Shown: positions 1 through 11,644 of the stretch, piece after piece | Layout: each line of letters begins with the position of its first letter | How positions within the stretch are numbered: position 1 is the first letter of the stretch | Assembly (NCBI GenBank): GCA_030248215.1 | Contig: JASANG010000727.1 | Location: 496,001-542,210 of the forward strand | Direction: 5' to 3' | Origin: Enoplolaimus lenunculus | Taxonomy: Eukaryota | Length of the DNA stretch: 46,210 nt | Notes under the pieces: generated by a model | The model's input: only the letters and a program-made list of their open reading frames with translations | Databases searched by the model: none | Told to the model about the DNA's origin: nothing | Translations under genes and position numbers: made by a program

Positions 1-349
1 ATCATTTTATCACCAAAAAATGTTCTGAGGGCGACAAATTGTAAAGTAAGGAGGGACCTTTACTATTTTATCACAAAAGGTTTTGCGGGAAAAATTGTAA
101 AAAATTGTAAGGTAGGAACCTTACTATTGTAACACAAAAAATTTCTGATGGGGATGCGTACGCCCACCCCCAGCCTTCCCTCTGGATTCGCTAGGGCCTG
201 TAGCCAGTTCACTTTGCTAGGTGTGAGCCTAAAAAATTTCAGAAGAGGCATACAATGGTTTTTGTTTACTTAATACAGGCAAGGTTGAAAATTTTCTAAG
301 GGAGTCAAGAAATTTTCCAGGCGGTTACGGACCGGTTAAAAATCCTTAC

Positions 350-475
350 CAACACAAGTGGTGCCAGACAGTCGAAAGCCCTCTTTACAAATACAATTGT
401 ACCCGCCGGCTTGATTAACGCACATTTCGGTTGTTGTGTCACAATTGTGTTGTGATCCAACACATTCGTCGACCT
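350..475 (-). CDS. cbEGF exon 8; gene continues beyond left edge of window
   Basis: tttcag|..|gtaagg; EVDECVGSQHNCDTTTEMCVNQAGGYNCICKEGFRLSGTTCV. Confidence 0.93.
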
Positions 476-907
476 CTGAAACAAATTTTGCCATGAATTT
501 CAGTTTTGACGGGTCAGCAGAAAACATTGTACCGTGCAAAGGCAAACGCTGACACCTGATAGCCCTTCTGTACGAAAACATCTGTTATAGACCACGGATA
601 CCGTGACCTAATCCTTAAACCGGTCTTATCGTGATAACCATGGAATATCTACTGACACCGTTGACAAAATCATTGTGAACGACGCCTTTTATAAGTGGCT
701 GTAATTTCTATTTTGTTTAAGACTTTAGTAAAAGCTGGACTATGATTGGAGAGAACTTTTATCTGCTTTTTAATTGGTCGATACTGCCAGCTGGCGAATC
801 GTGGCAGAGAAAAGTTTACCGCAACCATAAATTTCAACCAGTTTCCATTTTGACAAACAAACTTTTCAGTCATAATCCTATAGCCCAATCATGTATTACT
901 CAACATA

Positions 908-1114
908 CAGTGCAAAAAATGGTTAGTCAAATTGACTCGCTCCGAAATAGGCTCTATGGGACAACCCAAACTGAGACAAATTCGAGTCCGCCAGAGTCAA
1001 ACGTATGACTAAGTGAGTGCAATTTGACTCTGGCGGAGTCGAATTTGACTCAGATTGTGTACCCCGTAGCGCCCATTTCGGGGAGTGTCAATTTGACTCA
1101 CCATTTTTGCAGTG
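908..1114. mobile_element. Palindromic MITE family CACTGCAAAAAATGG (animal EnSpm/CACTA-like ends, TA TSD)
   Basis: Long TIRs with GAGTCAAATT repeats, TA flanks. Confidence 0.85.
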
Positions 1115-1205
1115 TACTTTTAGCGAAAACATTAAATATACGGTAAAAATATTTAAAAACGAAAAATTACAATGTTGACAGTGAAACACAACAACCTTTA
1201 CTCAC

Positions 1206-1346
1206 CAAGACACGTATGTGAGTCAGATTTGCTATACCCAGTTGGGCAGTTGCATTGATAAGTGCCAATTTTATTTTCACAAAGCATCGACACGGATCCA
1301 CCTCTTGTCGAACAGTCGTCAGTTCCGGCGGAACATTCGTCGATAT
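1206..1346 (-). CDS. cbEGF exon 7
   Basis: ttttcaag|..|gtgagt; DIDECSAGTDDCSTRGGSVSMLCENKIGTYQCNCPTGYSKSDSHTCL. Confidence 0.93.
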
Positions 1347-1928
1347 CTTGAAAAGTTTAATCTTTTCAACAAGAGATTGACCGGGATTTCATTTTGATAC
1401 ACTCAAAATATATTTCTGATATTTAACAAAAAAAATTTCTTAGATTTGAGAAATATGATTAGCAACGTGCACTTGAAAAGTATTTCTGTTATAACAGAAA
1501 TGTTTTCAAAAAACGTTTTGAAATAACGTCTGATATTGATTTCTTCGACACCTTGGCAGGCCCATCGTAGCCAGCTAATCTTGCTGGGGGAGCTAACCGT
1601 ATTTCAGGAAGGGCATCCGAGGGTTTTCGATGACTTACAAACAAAATAAAAATTTTCTACGATCAAAATTCTTCCAGAAGGAGCCAAGGGCGTCGCATAC
1701 AGGGAGCATTGGTGAATCGTCCCCCCAAGTTCGCCAGTTGCCCTCCAGATAGACTCGGTCTAAAAGTAAAAAATCTTAACAAAAATTGTAGACCCACCTA
1801 AAAATTATTCGATGCCCCCCAAATATAATTTTCTGCGGACGCCCGTCGAGGAGGCTAAACCCCCCTCGCCATCCCTGTGACTACGGATCCGCATCATAGC
1901 TCTCAGGACGCTTTTCTCACACCAGTAC

Positions 1929-2075
1929 CTGTACATTCGTTAGGATCAGGAACATTTTCAAAGCCACTTGGGCATGAACAGTTATAACTGCCAGGTACAT
2001 TGACACAAATCATCGACACTACAGAACCACCTTTAGACATACAGTCATGTTTGTTTTCTTCGCATTCGTCAATAT
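1929..2075 (-). CDS. cbEGF exon 6
   Basis: gttttag|..|gtactg (alternative in-frame donor 6 nt further, exon end 1923); DIDECEENKHDCMSKGGSVVSMICVNVPGSYNCSCPSGFENVPDPNECT. Confidence 0.92.
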
Positions 2076-2082
2076 CTAAAAC

Positions 2083-2435
2083 CAGTGCCGGATTAAAGGG
2101 GGCGGACCTTGGGGCCCGGACCCTGGGCCTCCTACCAAAAGGGGGCCACCCCCTAACCGATAACCGACAATATGTTTCAAAACTTTGGTGGGATCGTAAA
2201 GTTTACTTTTCTAAGTGCAAATTTAGAACCGTCTCTGGGCCGTAAATTTTGTTTCGCACTTTTGGTACAATTTGTTTCATTCAAATGTATCACTTTATAC
2301 TCTGGTGTAAAAAATAATTATGGTTAATAAAAGGGTCTGCTGGTCATATGGACCCCGGGGCCCTCCTAGTCACACGGGCCCGAGAGCTCTTGGTTATATG
2401 GGCCCCGGGCGTCCCACCACCTTATGTCGGCCCTG
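2083..2435. mobile_element. hAT-type MITE at the acceptor of cbEGF exon 6
   Basis: TIR CAGTGCCG / CAGGGCCG, GGGCCC subterminal repeats, 8-bp TSD TCTAAAAC/TCTAAAAG. Confidence 0.85.
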
Positions 2436-2536
2436 TCTAAAAGTCTGTAACACAGCTTTGAAAAATGCTAAATTTGTTTTATTATATTTCTGGTTAATAA
2501 CTGGCACATCTTGAAATTTGAATTGACGTAAGCCGT

Positions 2537-2537
2537 C

Positions 2538-2569
<32 letters not shown>

Positions 2570-2593
2570 GAACAACAACAACAACAACAACAA
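2537..2593. repeat. (CAA)n microsatellite
   Basis: About 19 units with one interruption. Confidence 0.95.
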
Positions 2594-2632
2594 CTAAAAT
2601 ACTGAAAATGTTAACAATTGTTCAATAATGTA

Positions 2633-3087
2633 CTATAGTGACCAGAATAAGATGGTGTGGGGTACTAAGAGGGGGTCCTCATTTTGAGCCCCAATCAATA
2701 GGAGTCCGTATCCCTAATAAGAGTCCGTAAGCGGATAGAGTCCCTAAACCCTAATTATAGTCCATGAATGTCAGCAATTCCTAACTGTAGTGCATAAATG
2801 ACTCCAGGACCAAATAAAATTGAGTTCGAATCTTTAAGGTGTACTTAAATTTTGAAAGTACATTCCTAAGTAGAACCTTATATCATCGCTCAAGCTATTG
2901 AAGCTAGACAAATAAACGTTTAATTCAACGAATAGTTGCAGTACCGGATATATATATATACATATCAGTAACGAAGGGTGGCGGAGCGTGGGTTAAAAAT
3001 ATATAACAGTCCGTAACCGAATAACAGGGAGTACCCTCTGGAGATGCCAAATAAATATAAATCCCCCTCTTATTCGGGTCACTACAG
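2633..3087. mobile_element. TA-flanked MITE (Tc1/mariner-like)
   Basis: TA|CTATAGTGACCAGAATAAGA ... TCTTATTCGGGTCACTACAG|TA; relatives at 6108-6499, about 31054-31390 (inverted) and fragment at about 32780. Confidence 0.85.
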
Positions 3088-3220
3088 TACGCCGACTTAT
3101 CGTATATCATAGTTGGTCTATGCAGAATTTATAGTTCTTACAAACATCAGTTTAGATGTTTCATTAGGTTTCCAAAGCTTGGAATAAACACAAAACAGTC
3201 CTGCTAGTGGTTAGTTCCCT

Positions 3221-3381
3221 GACCCGTAGCCAGCTCAACATACCGCGGGGGGATAAAAATTTTCTAGGAGGAGTATACAAGGGTTTTTAATGACTTACAA
3301 GGAAGGTTGAAAATTTTCTAGGGGGGGCAAAATTTTTTCAGGGAGGCTAAGCTTCCCCTGACGCCCCTTGGCTACGGGACC
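3221..3381. mobile_element. Short G/C-box element family (CCCGTAGCCAG ... GGCTACGGG)
   Basis: Related copies at about 195-333 and 1559-1890 (the latter with a nested insertion). Confidence 0.7.
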
Positions 3382-3665
3382 TTTACTTACCCTAACGCTG
3401 TGGTGATTAGTTAGAAAATGAAAATTCCGTCATTAACTATTATGTTTATAAACATAGGCCTAAACCTAAAACATAAGCCTAAGCCCAAACCTAAGCCGAA
3501 GCCTAATTAAAAGCATAAAGCTAAATCCTAAGCCTATATTGCAGTTATTATGCTTGGGCGACTAAACATGTATCAAATATTCAGGTTGTTTACAAACAAA
3601 GTGCTGCGTTGACATCAGTTAACCTTCGTTTGCATAAAGTATCAAGCGATACAAATTAAATTCTA

Positions 3666-4748
3666 GGGCCTATATTCTCAAATGCATATAACAACTATCA
3701 TCAGTTAGTAATACTTTTTAAAATTCACTAGCCATTGCAGTTGTTCAGGTCAAAATTACGAGTTGAACAAATTATGTGCGAAAAATGTGCGAACCCCAGC
3801 ATTCACTGGTTCCAAAGTTACAACACCTATCACCAAGAGTGGATGATGTCCACCTTGCAGAAGAGTGTGCAACTGCTTGGGCTGTGCATGGTACTAAAAG
3901 TACCAGCACGCGTTGTATTTTTGTTCGACCCCCCCTAGACCCCCCAAAAAAGGGGGGTAGGCCAAAAACGCAACGCGTGCCGGGTACATTCTTTGATACA
4001 CAGAATGTACCCAGTTGCACACTCTTGTTATAAAGAGTGATCATCCACTCTTGCTATCGCCAACTGGCGAAAAATGCTACACACATTTGAGAATACGGAC
4101 GAAAGTCGATATTCTCATATGCATCCTAGTATCTATCACCAGTTAGCGATAGGTTTTCAAACGTACGAACGGTTGCAAACTCGAACCTTAAATTTGACAC
4201 AGAAGTAAACATCATCAAATGCAAAAACAATGTACAGATTTTAGAACCTTGGCATTTGCTCGGGGGGCGAAAGTTACAAGACCTATCACCAAATGGTGAT
4301 AGCTACTACACACATTTGAGACTACGAGCCCTAGGCGCATAATCTCTACTGCATATAGCGACTATCACCAGTTGGTAATATGACGTATAAATTTCGAACC
4401 AGCAGATCGAAAACTTGATCAAAGTTAAACATTTGCACCCGTTGCAGTTCGCTTGTTTGAACATCTATTGCTAACTGATGATAGGTCGTACACACATTTG
4501 AGAATACGAGCCCTAGGCTCATATTCTCAACTGAATATAGCACCCATCACCAGTTGGTAATATGACGTATAAATTTCGAACCAGCAGATCGAAAACTTTA
4601 AAATGCGGTACATTATTTGCATTTGAGTGTTCCTACTTGTGATCAAAGTTTAACATATGGACCCGTTGCAGTTCGCTTGCTTGAACATCTATTGCTAACT
4701 GATGATAGGTCGTACACACATTTGAGAATACGAGCCCTAGGCTCATAT
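3666..4748. mobile_element. Tandem array of about 4 PIF/Harbinger-like MITEs
   Basis: Unit ends GGGC(C/T)(T/C)ATATTCTCAAATG ... CATTTGAGAATACGAGCC joined at CCCTAGG; solitary copies at about 24302-24522, 26150-26190, 32459. Confidence 0.75.
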
Positions 4749-4759
4749 CAAATCTATAC

Positions 4760-4909
4760 CGTCACATCGATCAGCGGTTGGATTGTAACGATATCCAGCC
4801 GGACAGTGACAGATAAATGTGCCTTGTGTATTCAAGCAATTCAATGCAACATTGCCGTTTAAAGCTTTTGTATCGCAATCATGGGTGGTTCTGTCACATT
4901 CATCAATAT
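4760..4909 (-). CDS. cbEGF exon 5
   Basis: atttcag|..|gtatag; DIDECDRTTHDCDTKALNGNVALNCLNTQGTFICHCPAGYRYNPTADRCD. Confidence 0.92.
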
Positions 4910-5129
4910 CTGAAATGATTAATGAAACAATAAATTTATTTTAGACAAATATTCCAAACCTAAGCCTGATTTTACTTTTTTTAACTTTGGGTATGTAGGC
5001 ATGTGAGTTATGCGTGTCCTAGTGCATATGCAATAAATGCGGGTATTTAGGTTGTTTCCACAGCCCGTGATTGCCCAAAAGAGATCGGATTTTGGAAAGT
5101 TTTGCCCATCTGAGCTTCTCATGGCATCC

Positions 5130-5560
5130 TCTGATCATTCCACGGCCAAATTTGTATTTTTGAAAAATGTGATTTTTTGAGATGCCAAGGTCTACCCCCT
5201 TGGAACCCAAAAAAATTTTGTCAAACAATGTGACAAATTATATACCATTGGATGCGGCTTGCAGAGCTGAGTCCAATCGTGTTAATTTTTTGTAACCAGA
5301 CGATTGGTTAACGAGTTATTGTCAAATAACTGATTTGGAGCGCTGACGCTGCCAAGGAGTTGGGTCGGCGCCAAATCAGTTATTCGACCATAATTCGTTA
5401 ACCAACCGTTGGATTGCAAAAAACTTAACACTATTGGACTTAGCTCTGCAAGATGCATCGTACTGTATATAATTTGTTAAACTTTTGGACAAAAATCTTA
5501 GGAAAATCATGAGAAGCTCAAATATGCAAAAAATTTTAAAAATTTGACCACTTTTGGGCA
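5130..5560. repeat. Long imperfect foldback (part of a larger DNA element)
   Basis: TGACAAATTATATAC..TGCAGAGCTGAGTCCAAT..TTGGTTAACGAG..ATAACTGATTTGG mirrored around about 5355. Confidence 0.75.
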
Positions 5561-6107
5561 AACGCGGGCTGGAGAGGATAACCGAAAAGACCTATTGTGT
5601 TGTATGCTGGCCGACAGCATACGGCCGACACATATAGTCCACGAAAAATGCGGTTGCACAGGTGGGCTACATGGCGCAGTAGTAACAGTGTCTGCCTGAC
5701 ACGCAGCATCTGGAAGCTGACAATCAACAAAATGACCTTAATTTTACAACTTATGATACATTCATGACGTACAGTTAAAGTTGAAAAAACGTACATTTTT
5801 GATAATATAATCGGCCATTGTATAGAACAGGGCCGGAACAGTAGTATAAGCAAATTCCTAAGCCTAGAACAGGACTGGAACAGCAGTATAAGCATACTCC
5901 TAAGCCTAAGTCTTTTGAAAGTTAAAATCTTTGACTCTTATCATTATTTGTATCATTTATTTGTTTTAAAAAAATTAATGTGCAAAACGTTTCAGACACA
6001 AATGTCTGTCCTTATAAAAACTAATTTTTAAATTCAAAACAAAATGAATTTAATGTCTTAAGATATTGCGATGGCTAAATTTCATGGCATTTTATTTTTC
6101 AGATATA

Positions 6108-6499
6108 CTGTAGTGACCTGAATAAAGAGGATTGTAATAATAGGGGGTCCCCATTTTGAGTCCCAGTGAATACAGGTCTGTATCATTAATTAAAGTTCGT
6201 TAGTGGATAGAGACTATAAAATAGACCAAAGCAGGAGTATGACTCAGACTGTTCGTTCAGATATGCAAAACGCACTCAGACAACCTGTATAAACTTTATT
6301 AATACAAAAAATAAAAGATATGGTTGGGTAATGAACAAAAATGCTTCACAATAAAGTCAGTTCTGCCCAAAAGAAAGAATATGAAAAAGAACAACGTCGG
6401 GTTCAGCCTACATGTGATGCATTTAAAATAAATAACAGTCCGTACCTTCTGGAGTGGCAAAATATATATCAGTCCTCCAACTCATTCGGGTTACTACAG
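6108..6499. mobile_element. TA-flanked MITE, same TIR family as 2633 with different interior
   Basis: TA|CTGTAGTGACCTGAAT ... ATTCGGGTTACTACAG|TA. Confidence 0.8.
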
Positions 6500-6530
6500 T
6501 ATGCTACTTATGTTTCAACTATTGCCTTAC

Positions 6531-6653
6531 CCTGGCAAGTTCCGTTAACTCGTTCAAATCCGGCAACACAAACACAGGTGTACGAACCGTCAGAATTAAT
6601 ACAATTTTCTCGAGTACCACAAGCATTTAGGGATTCCACACATTCGTTAATAT
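6531..6653 (-). CDS. cbEGF exon 4
   Basis: ttttcag|..|gtaagg; DINECVESLNACGTRENCINSDGSYTCVCVAGFERVNGTCQ. Confidence 0.93.
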
Positions 6654-6874
6654 CTGAAAAACATTTATTTTTCTTCGAAACGGTTATTTGCATAAAATTA
6701 GACACGAATCAATGGTCATTGACTAAGACGATGTACGCACTACTTTGACCAATTAACATAGAAACAAATTCGGCGAATGTTTGCCGTGACCAATCAACAA
6801 TCAGAGTGAAAGACTCGTGCGGGACAGCCAGTAGTCAGTTATTTTACGGGAAGACGCCAAGACGAACCCCTGAG

Positions 6875-8137
6875 CAGGGATGCGAGGATCTTTAATATCA
6901 GCATTAGTAACATTGCAACATTAATACATAAAACCAAATGATATACTTTTTGCAGTATATATATCGGCAACGGATATCCAGATATGGGGATATGAAAAAT
7001 ATCCGGTTATGTATTGAAAACATATAACCTAATATCCGCCGGATATCCGAAATACATTTGTGTAGCAAAGTTTACGCTATATGTTTACAAATCCTTATTA
7101 ATGTGGATTTTTTTGTTGTGTACTAATTTTTAGAAAATGTCCACAAAAAATCTTATTCTGGTGTGAAAATATTTTTGACTGCAAATTTCACTTGATATCT
7201 CATGACCTGGACAACTAATTTTTGGCCTCAAATTCGTGATTGTTAAAATTGCATTTGTTACAAATTAAAAATTTGACGGAAAAAAGACTTTTTTAATTTT
7301 AAGCTTACTTGGGTTTGCCAGACAGTTCTTGAGTTATGATAAAAAGCTGAGCTTTTGCTAAAATGATCCTATTTTGAAACTTTTTGCAGATTTGACCTTC
7401 CAGCAACGTTCATTTTAGTTTTAATAAGTTTTTTAAAAACGATTTTGGGCACCAAATGTTTCACCTCGTAACCCAAAAAACACATGATCACAAATATAAC
7501 GGCCAATGTTTACTTTAAGGGGCGTAACAGTAGATTATGCGTATTCCTAAGCCTAAGCCTAAGCCTAAGCGTTGCAAAAATGAGTTCCTAAGCCTAAGCC
7601 TAAGCCTAAGCCTAAGCCTAAGCCTAAGCCAAAGCCTAAGCGTTGCAAAAATGAGTTCCTAAGCCTAAGCCTAATCCTAAGCCTAAGCAAAAAATGTAAT
7701 CCAGAATCTAAACCTACTCTATTATAGACCCGCCACAAACGTGGACGCTCCTTAAAGTAACATGGGCCAATATTAACAATAACTCAGTCAGTTTTAAACC
7801 TAAAGCATCTGCCTAGTCAACTTTGGTTATTCACATCGAGGTTGTCACAATTCTATTCATATTTGACAGCAGTAAACTGAAAAAGTTTTCTACATTTTTT
7901 GTAATAAAATTTCCATAAAATTCTTGAAAATAATTTTTCATAAGACTCGAATTTCTTGGCCAGAAAGGAACCTAAAATACGCTGAAATATTGCTTGTACG
8001 ACCTAAAAAAAGTCGACGCGTGGCTGTGCAGTGCAAAACGGAAACGGCCAAAACCTGTTCTGGCCGCTGAGACTCTAAAAACACAAAATGTAATTTTGAA
8101 TATCCGAACTATAAAATTTATCCCATGTGCATTCCTG
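6875..8137. mobile_element. Old hAT-like element hosting the 7501 MITE
   Basis: CAGGGATGCG / CAGGAATGCA ends, CGGATATCC repeats as in 18357 element; TSD not recognisable. Confidence 0.5.
7501..7768 (+). mobile_element. Telomere-repeat MITE, subfamily B
   Basis: TIR GGCC(A/C)ATGTTACTTTAAGG(G/A)GCGT; flanks AATATAAC/AATATTAAC; (TAAGCC)n plus GTTGCAAAAATGAGTTCC unit x2. Confidence 0.9.
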
Positions 8138-8243
8138 CTTCAAACATTGTAATAAACATTAATACGTTGAGACAAGTTTATGCCTACGAATTTGGCAAAA
8201 ATCAAAAACTTTTAAGCTAAAGCAATAAACTTAGTAAATTTAC

Positions 8244-8369
8244 CGGCACATCCGTTACCACTGCCTTCTTGGTATCCTTCCCCACATCCGCAGTTGTAAC
8301 TTCCGACAGTATTCGTACACGTTTCCGTCGGTCCACAAGTATCCGTCCCAAGCGTGCATTCATTAATAT
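8244..8369 (-). CDS. cbEGF exon 3
   Basis: tttacag|..|gtaaat; DINECTLGTDTCGPTETCTNTVGSYNCGCGEGYQEGSGNGCA. Confidence 0.93.
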
Positions 8370-8738
8370 CTGTAAAGTTCATGAAAAAAATAAATTTCTA
8401 AATTAGACATTAAAATTGAAGGGCCCATGAATAGAACAGGGCCGGAACAGTAGAATAAGCATATTCCTAAAACTAAGCCTAAGCCTAAGCGTATGGAAAA
8501 GCCTATTCCTAAGCCTAAGCCTAAGCCTAAGCAAAAAATTAGTCTAAAGCTTAGGTATAATATCTGATCTAAAAATAATTTAGCAAACGAGACCTATAAC
8601 ATTCTTGTAAACTTTGTACAAAATTATTTTTCTATAGCAATTAGGCGATAGACACTCATCATAGAACTCTCCAAGATCAGCTGACTGCCGTGGTAGGCCA
8701 AACGGTAAAATCAAATAGCGATAATAAATAAAACTTAC

Positions 8739-8867
8739 CGTTACATAATCCATTTGTTCCCATCTGATAACCGGGTAAGCATGTGCATTCATATGAACCT
8801 TGAGTATTTGTGCAGCTTTGTCTGTCGGTGCAGGTGTTTGTTTGTGGCGAAGCACATTCGTCGATGT
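8739..8867 (-). CDS. cbEGF exon 2
   Basis: ttttag|..|gtaagt; DIDECASPQTNTCTDRQSCTNTQGSYECTCLPGYQMGTNGLCN. Confidence 0.93.
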
Positions 8868-9105
8868 CTAAAATAATTAAGCTAAACGTTGTCTCTCATG
8901 AACCACCAGGTTTATAAATAGGAAACGGTGAGATGAAAACCCTACAACCGCTATTTTACAGTCTTCATAAAAGCTTTGAAGTCACCGCTATCTTTCAAAA
9001 CAGACCATATTTGGTACATGTTCCGAACACTCATTGGTTTTAGCTTTTATTCCATAATTGGCATTCTGCCAATTATCAATGAAGCAATACACAGTTAAAT
9101 TTTAC

Positions 9106-9240
9106 CATCACAAGACGAAGGACCAGTTTTAGAATATCCAATTGGGCATAAACATTCGTACGAACCAATTGTATTGCTGCAGGTCATTGCTGGTGAGTGC
9201 GACAAACAGTTGTGTTCTCCAGTTGCGCATTCGTCAATAT
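9106..9240 (-). CDS. cbEGF exon 1
   Basis: ttttcag|..|gtaaaa; DIDECATGEHNCLSHSPAMTCSNTIGSYECLCPIGYSKTGPSSCD; phase 1-1. Confidence 0.93.
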
Positions 9241-9296
9241 CTGAAAAGCAATAGTCAATTGGTTACTTGAAAAATTATTATGACCATATTAAGCTA

Positions 9297-9505
9297 CACT
9301 GCAAAAAATGGTGAGTCAAATTGACTCGCTCCGAAATAGGCTCTACGGGACTACACAAATTGAGTCAAATTAGACTCCGCCAGAGTCAAATTCGACTCAA
9401 TTAGCCGCACGTTTGACTCTGGCGGAGTCGAATTTGACTCAGTTTGTGCAGTCCCGTAGAGCCTATTTCGGAGGGAGTCAATTTGACTCCCCATTTTTTG
9501 CAGTG
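9297..9505. mobile_element. CACTGCAAAAAATGG MITE
   Basis: TA|CACTGCAAAAAATGG...CCATTTTTTGCAGTG|TA. Confidence 0.9.
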
Positions 9506-9698
9506 TACAATTTAAATTTATATATATACATATATATAACATATAAATATATATGTATATAAAAATATATATAAATATATATAATATATATTTTTATATA
9601 CATATATATTTATATATTATATATGTATATATAATATATAAATATATATGTTTATAAAAATATATATATAAATATATATAATATATATTATATATATG
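9506..9698. repeat. (TA)-rich low complexity tract
   Basis: Imperfect TA repeats abutting the 9297 MITE; similar tract at about 15343-15440. Confidence 0.9.
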
Positions 9699-10293
9699 CA
9701 ATAATTGTAGCACGGCTTTGCGTTCTTCCGATGACACTGATGCGTGTGCTATAGTATGTTCGCAATAAAGTTTCAATCCATTTTCCACAAAATTTAATAT
9801 TGAACAAAAACAAAACAATTTGCTCCGCAAGCAGCTGAAAACAAAATAGGCTCTTGTACGCTTTCCGCGTATACAGACTTAGAGACATGAGCTCAAGTTC
9901 AGGCTAGTGCTTAAGTTTAGGTTTCGAAAAAGGATTGACTAAGCTTAAAACTTTAGATAAGCCTTTACCGTGGCCTAAACTAAACCGTAACCTTACGGTG
10001 GGGTAGTGTATAATTGCCCTCAAAGGTGTTTTACCTAACATGCTTAGTGTTTTCTGACACAAAATAGTAAATGTATTAATAATTCGTTACATCTAAGTGA
10101 TTAATTGCTGTATATAAGCATTTTCCTAACCAAATATTTAAGGATGAACGTATTTTGTTGTATCTTGCAGTTTAAACCAGTGACTTCTGAGCTGAGATAG
10201 TATATTCTATTTACAAGGGTCTGTGATAATACAGTGATGTTAATTACATTTTAGCGTGTACCAAGGATCATAAATACTGAAAGTATGACTTAC

Positions 10294-10302
10294 CGCAATG
10301 TT
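10294..10302 (-). CDS. Candidate 9-nt microexon (adds E-H-C) between lectin and first EGF
   Basis: tttattttcaatctgcag|AACATTGCG|gtaagt; consensus sites, phase 1-1, frame preserving. Confidence 0.6.
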
Positions 10303-10938
10303 CTGCAGATTGAAAATAAAAAAATAAAGTTTTAAAACAAATAAAGTAAATTTTAATTCTAAAATTTCAAAACCAAAGTTGAATCAAATTAAACATGATC
10401 GCCTGATTAACAGAAATTATTAATTATTACAAAATTAAACCACTGCACTGCGTTTAAACGTATGCCAGCTTGATATTTAATTTGATTAAACTTTTAAATA
10501 CCTTAGATGTTAGAAAACTATATGGCCAAGCTTTAGACTATTTTTTTGCTTAGGCTTAGGCTTACACTTAATTGGCGTAGGCTTAGGCTTAGGAATATGC
10601 TCATCCATACGCTTAGGCTTAGGCGTAGGCTTAGGAATATGCTTATACTACTGTTCCGGCCCTGATCAATACACGGGCCAACAATATTATGCCACATCAG
10701 TTTAAATTATTATCGTATGAGTAAGAGCTTCTGAAGTGAGTCTTTGTTCACTAAATGTACTTAATCATTGTGAAACATTAAGCTACATCTAGTGCATGTG
10801 TTAAAATACAAAATATTTGAAACCTTACCTAAAAATTAACAATTATATTTTAAATTATTCTAAAAAAATTAGCTAAAATTAAACCAAAACTACTAAAAAA
10901 GATAAGCAATAAAAAATATTGAATTTAAAAAAAGTAAC

Positions 10939-11276
10939 CTAAGTCAATCTGGCAAACAGGATGTGTATCCCGCCGCCGGCAATCCGTATCAAACCACCAG
11001 CCCCAATAATAATCGTTAATGGCTCCTTCACGTGGTCCAGCGTCCCATCGCATCCTCGTACACGTACACCAAGGAGTGTTCGGGATTTCATTTTCTGGTT
11101 GTTTCGCTCGCTTGCGCAATGAGCGGTCCCAATCCGGATCGAATCCAAGCGGTTGGCCAGAGGACTCCCAATGCCATGCGTATGGATCTTTGGTTCCAGT
11201 AGACAACGCGTCCGCTCTGAGTCCGATGAATAAATGCTCACGGTCGATGGTGGGCAGCTGTCGCATCAATTCGACC
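10939..11276 (-). CDS. Exon 3, C-terminal half of C-type lectin domain
   Basis: cttttag acceptor (phase 2 completes W); LFIGL motif, QPE, WFDTDC, PVCQ; G|gttact donor (phase 1). Confidence 0.9.
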
Positions 11277-11422
11277 CTAAAAGTAAACGACTGGTGAAAT
11301 CAGTTAGAGTCGCCGCTAAGATTTCATTTCGGATGGGTAAGGTCATATAAGTTAGTGGTGCAAGCGAGTCAAATTGAAAAACTACAATTGGTAGATGTTT
11401 TCTTGCATGTCTAGAATTTACG

Positions 11423-11644
11423 GGCCCATGCACAGAACAGGGCCGGAACAGTAGTATAAGCATATTCTTAAGCCTACGCCTAAGCCTAAGCCTAAGCGTA
11501 AGCGTTAGCCTAAGCGTAAAAATGAGCCTATTCCTAAGCCTAATTCTAAGCTTAATACCCAAGCAAAAAATTTAGCCTAAAGCTTAAACTGACTTTATTA
11601 CAGCCTCTCTGGAAAACGATCCGGCACTGTTCTATACATGGGCC
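11423..11644 (+). mobile_element. Telomere-repeat MITE, subfamily A (Merlin-type)
   Basis: TIR GGCCCATG(C/T)A(C/T)AGAACAG(G/T)GCCGGA; TSD AATTTACG/AAATTACG; internal (TAAGCC)n. Confidence 0.9.

Noticed and set aside
742..1008. Recurring peptide SQIDSLRNRL..ESN (also 9351, 14343, 20031, 30696, 33038)
   Set aside because: Read-through of the same palindromic MITE, not a gene family
6341..6748. 135-aa plus-strand ORF, and similar ORFs at 11019, 12378, 21681, 24856
   Set aside because: Antisense shadows of real exons
9594..9888. I/Y-rich ORFs
   Set aside because: TA low-complexity sequence
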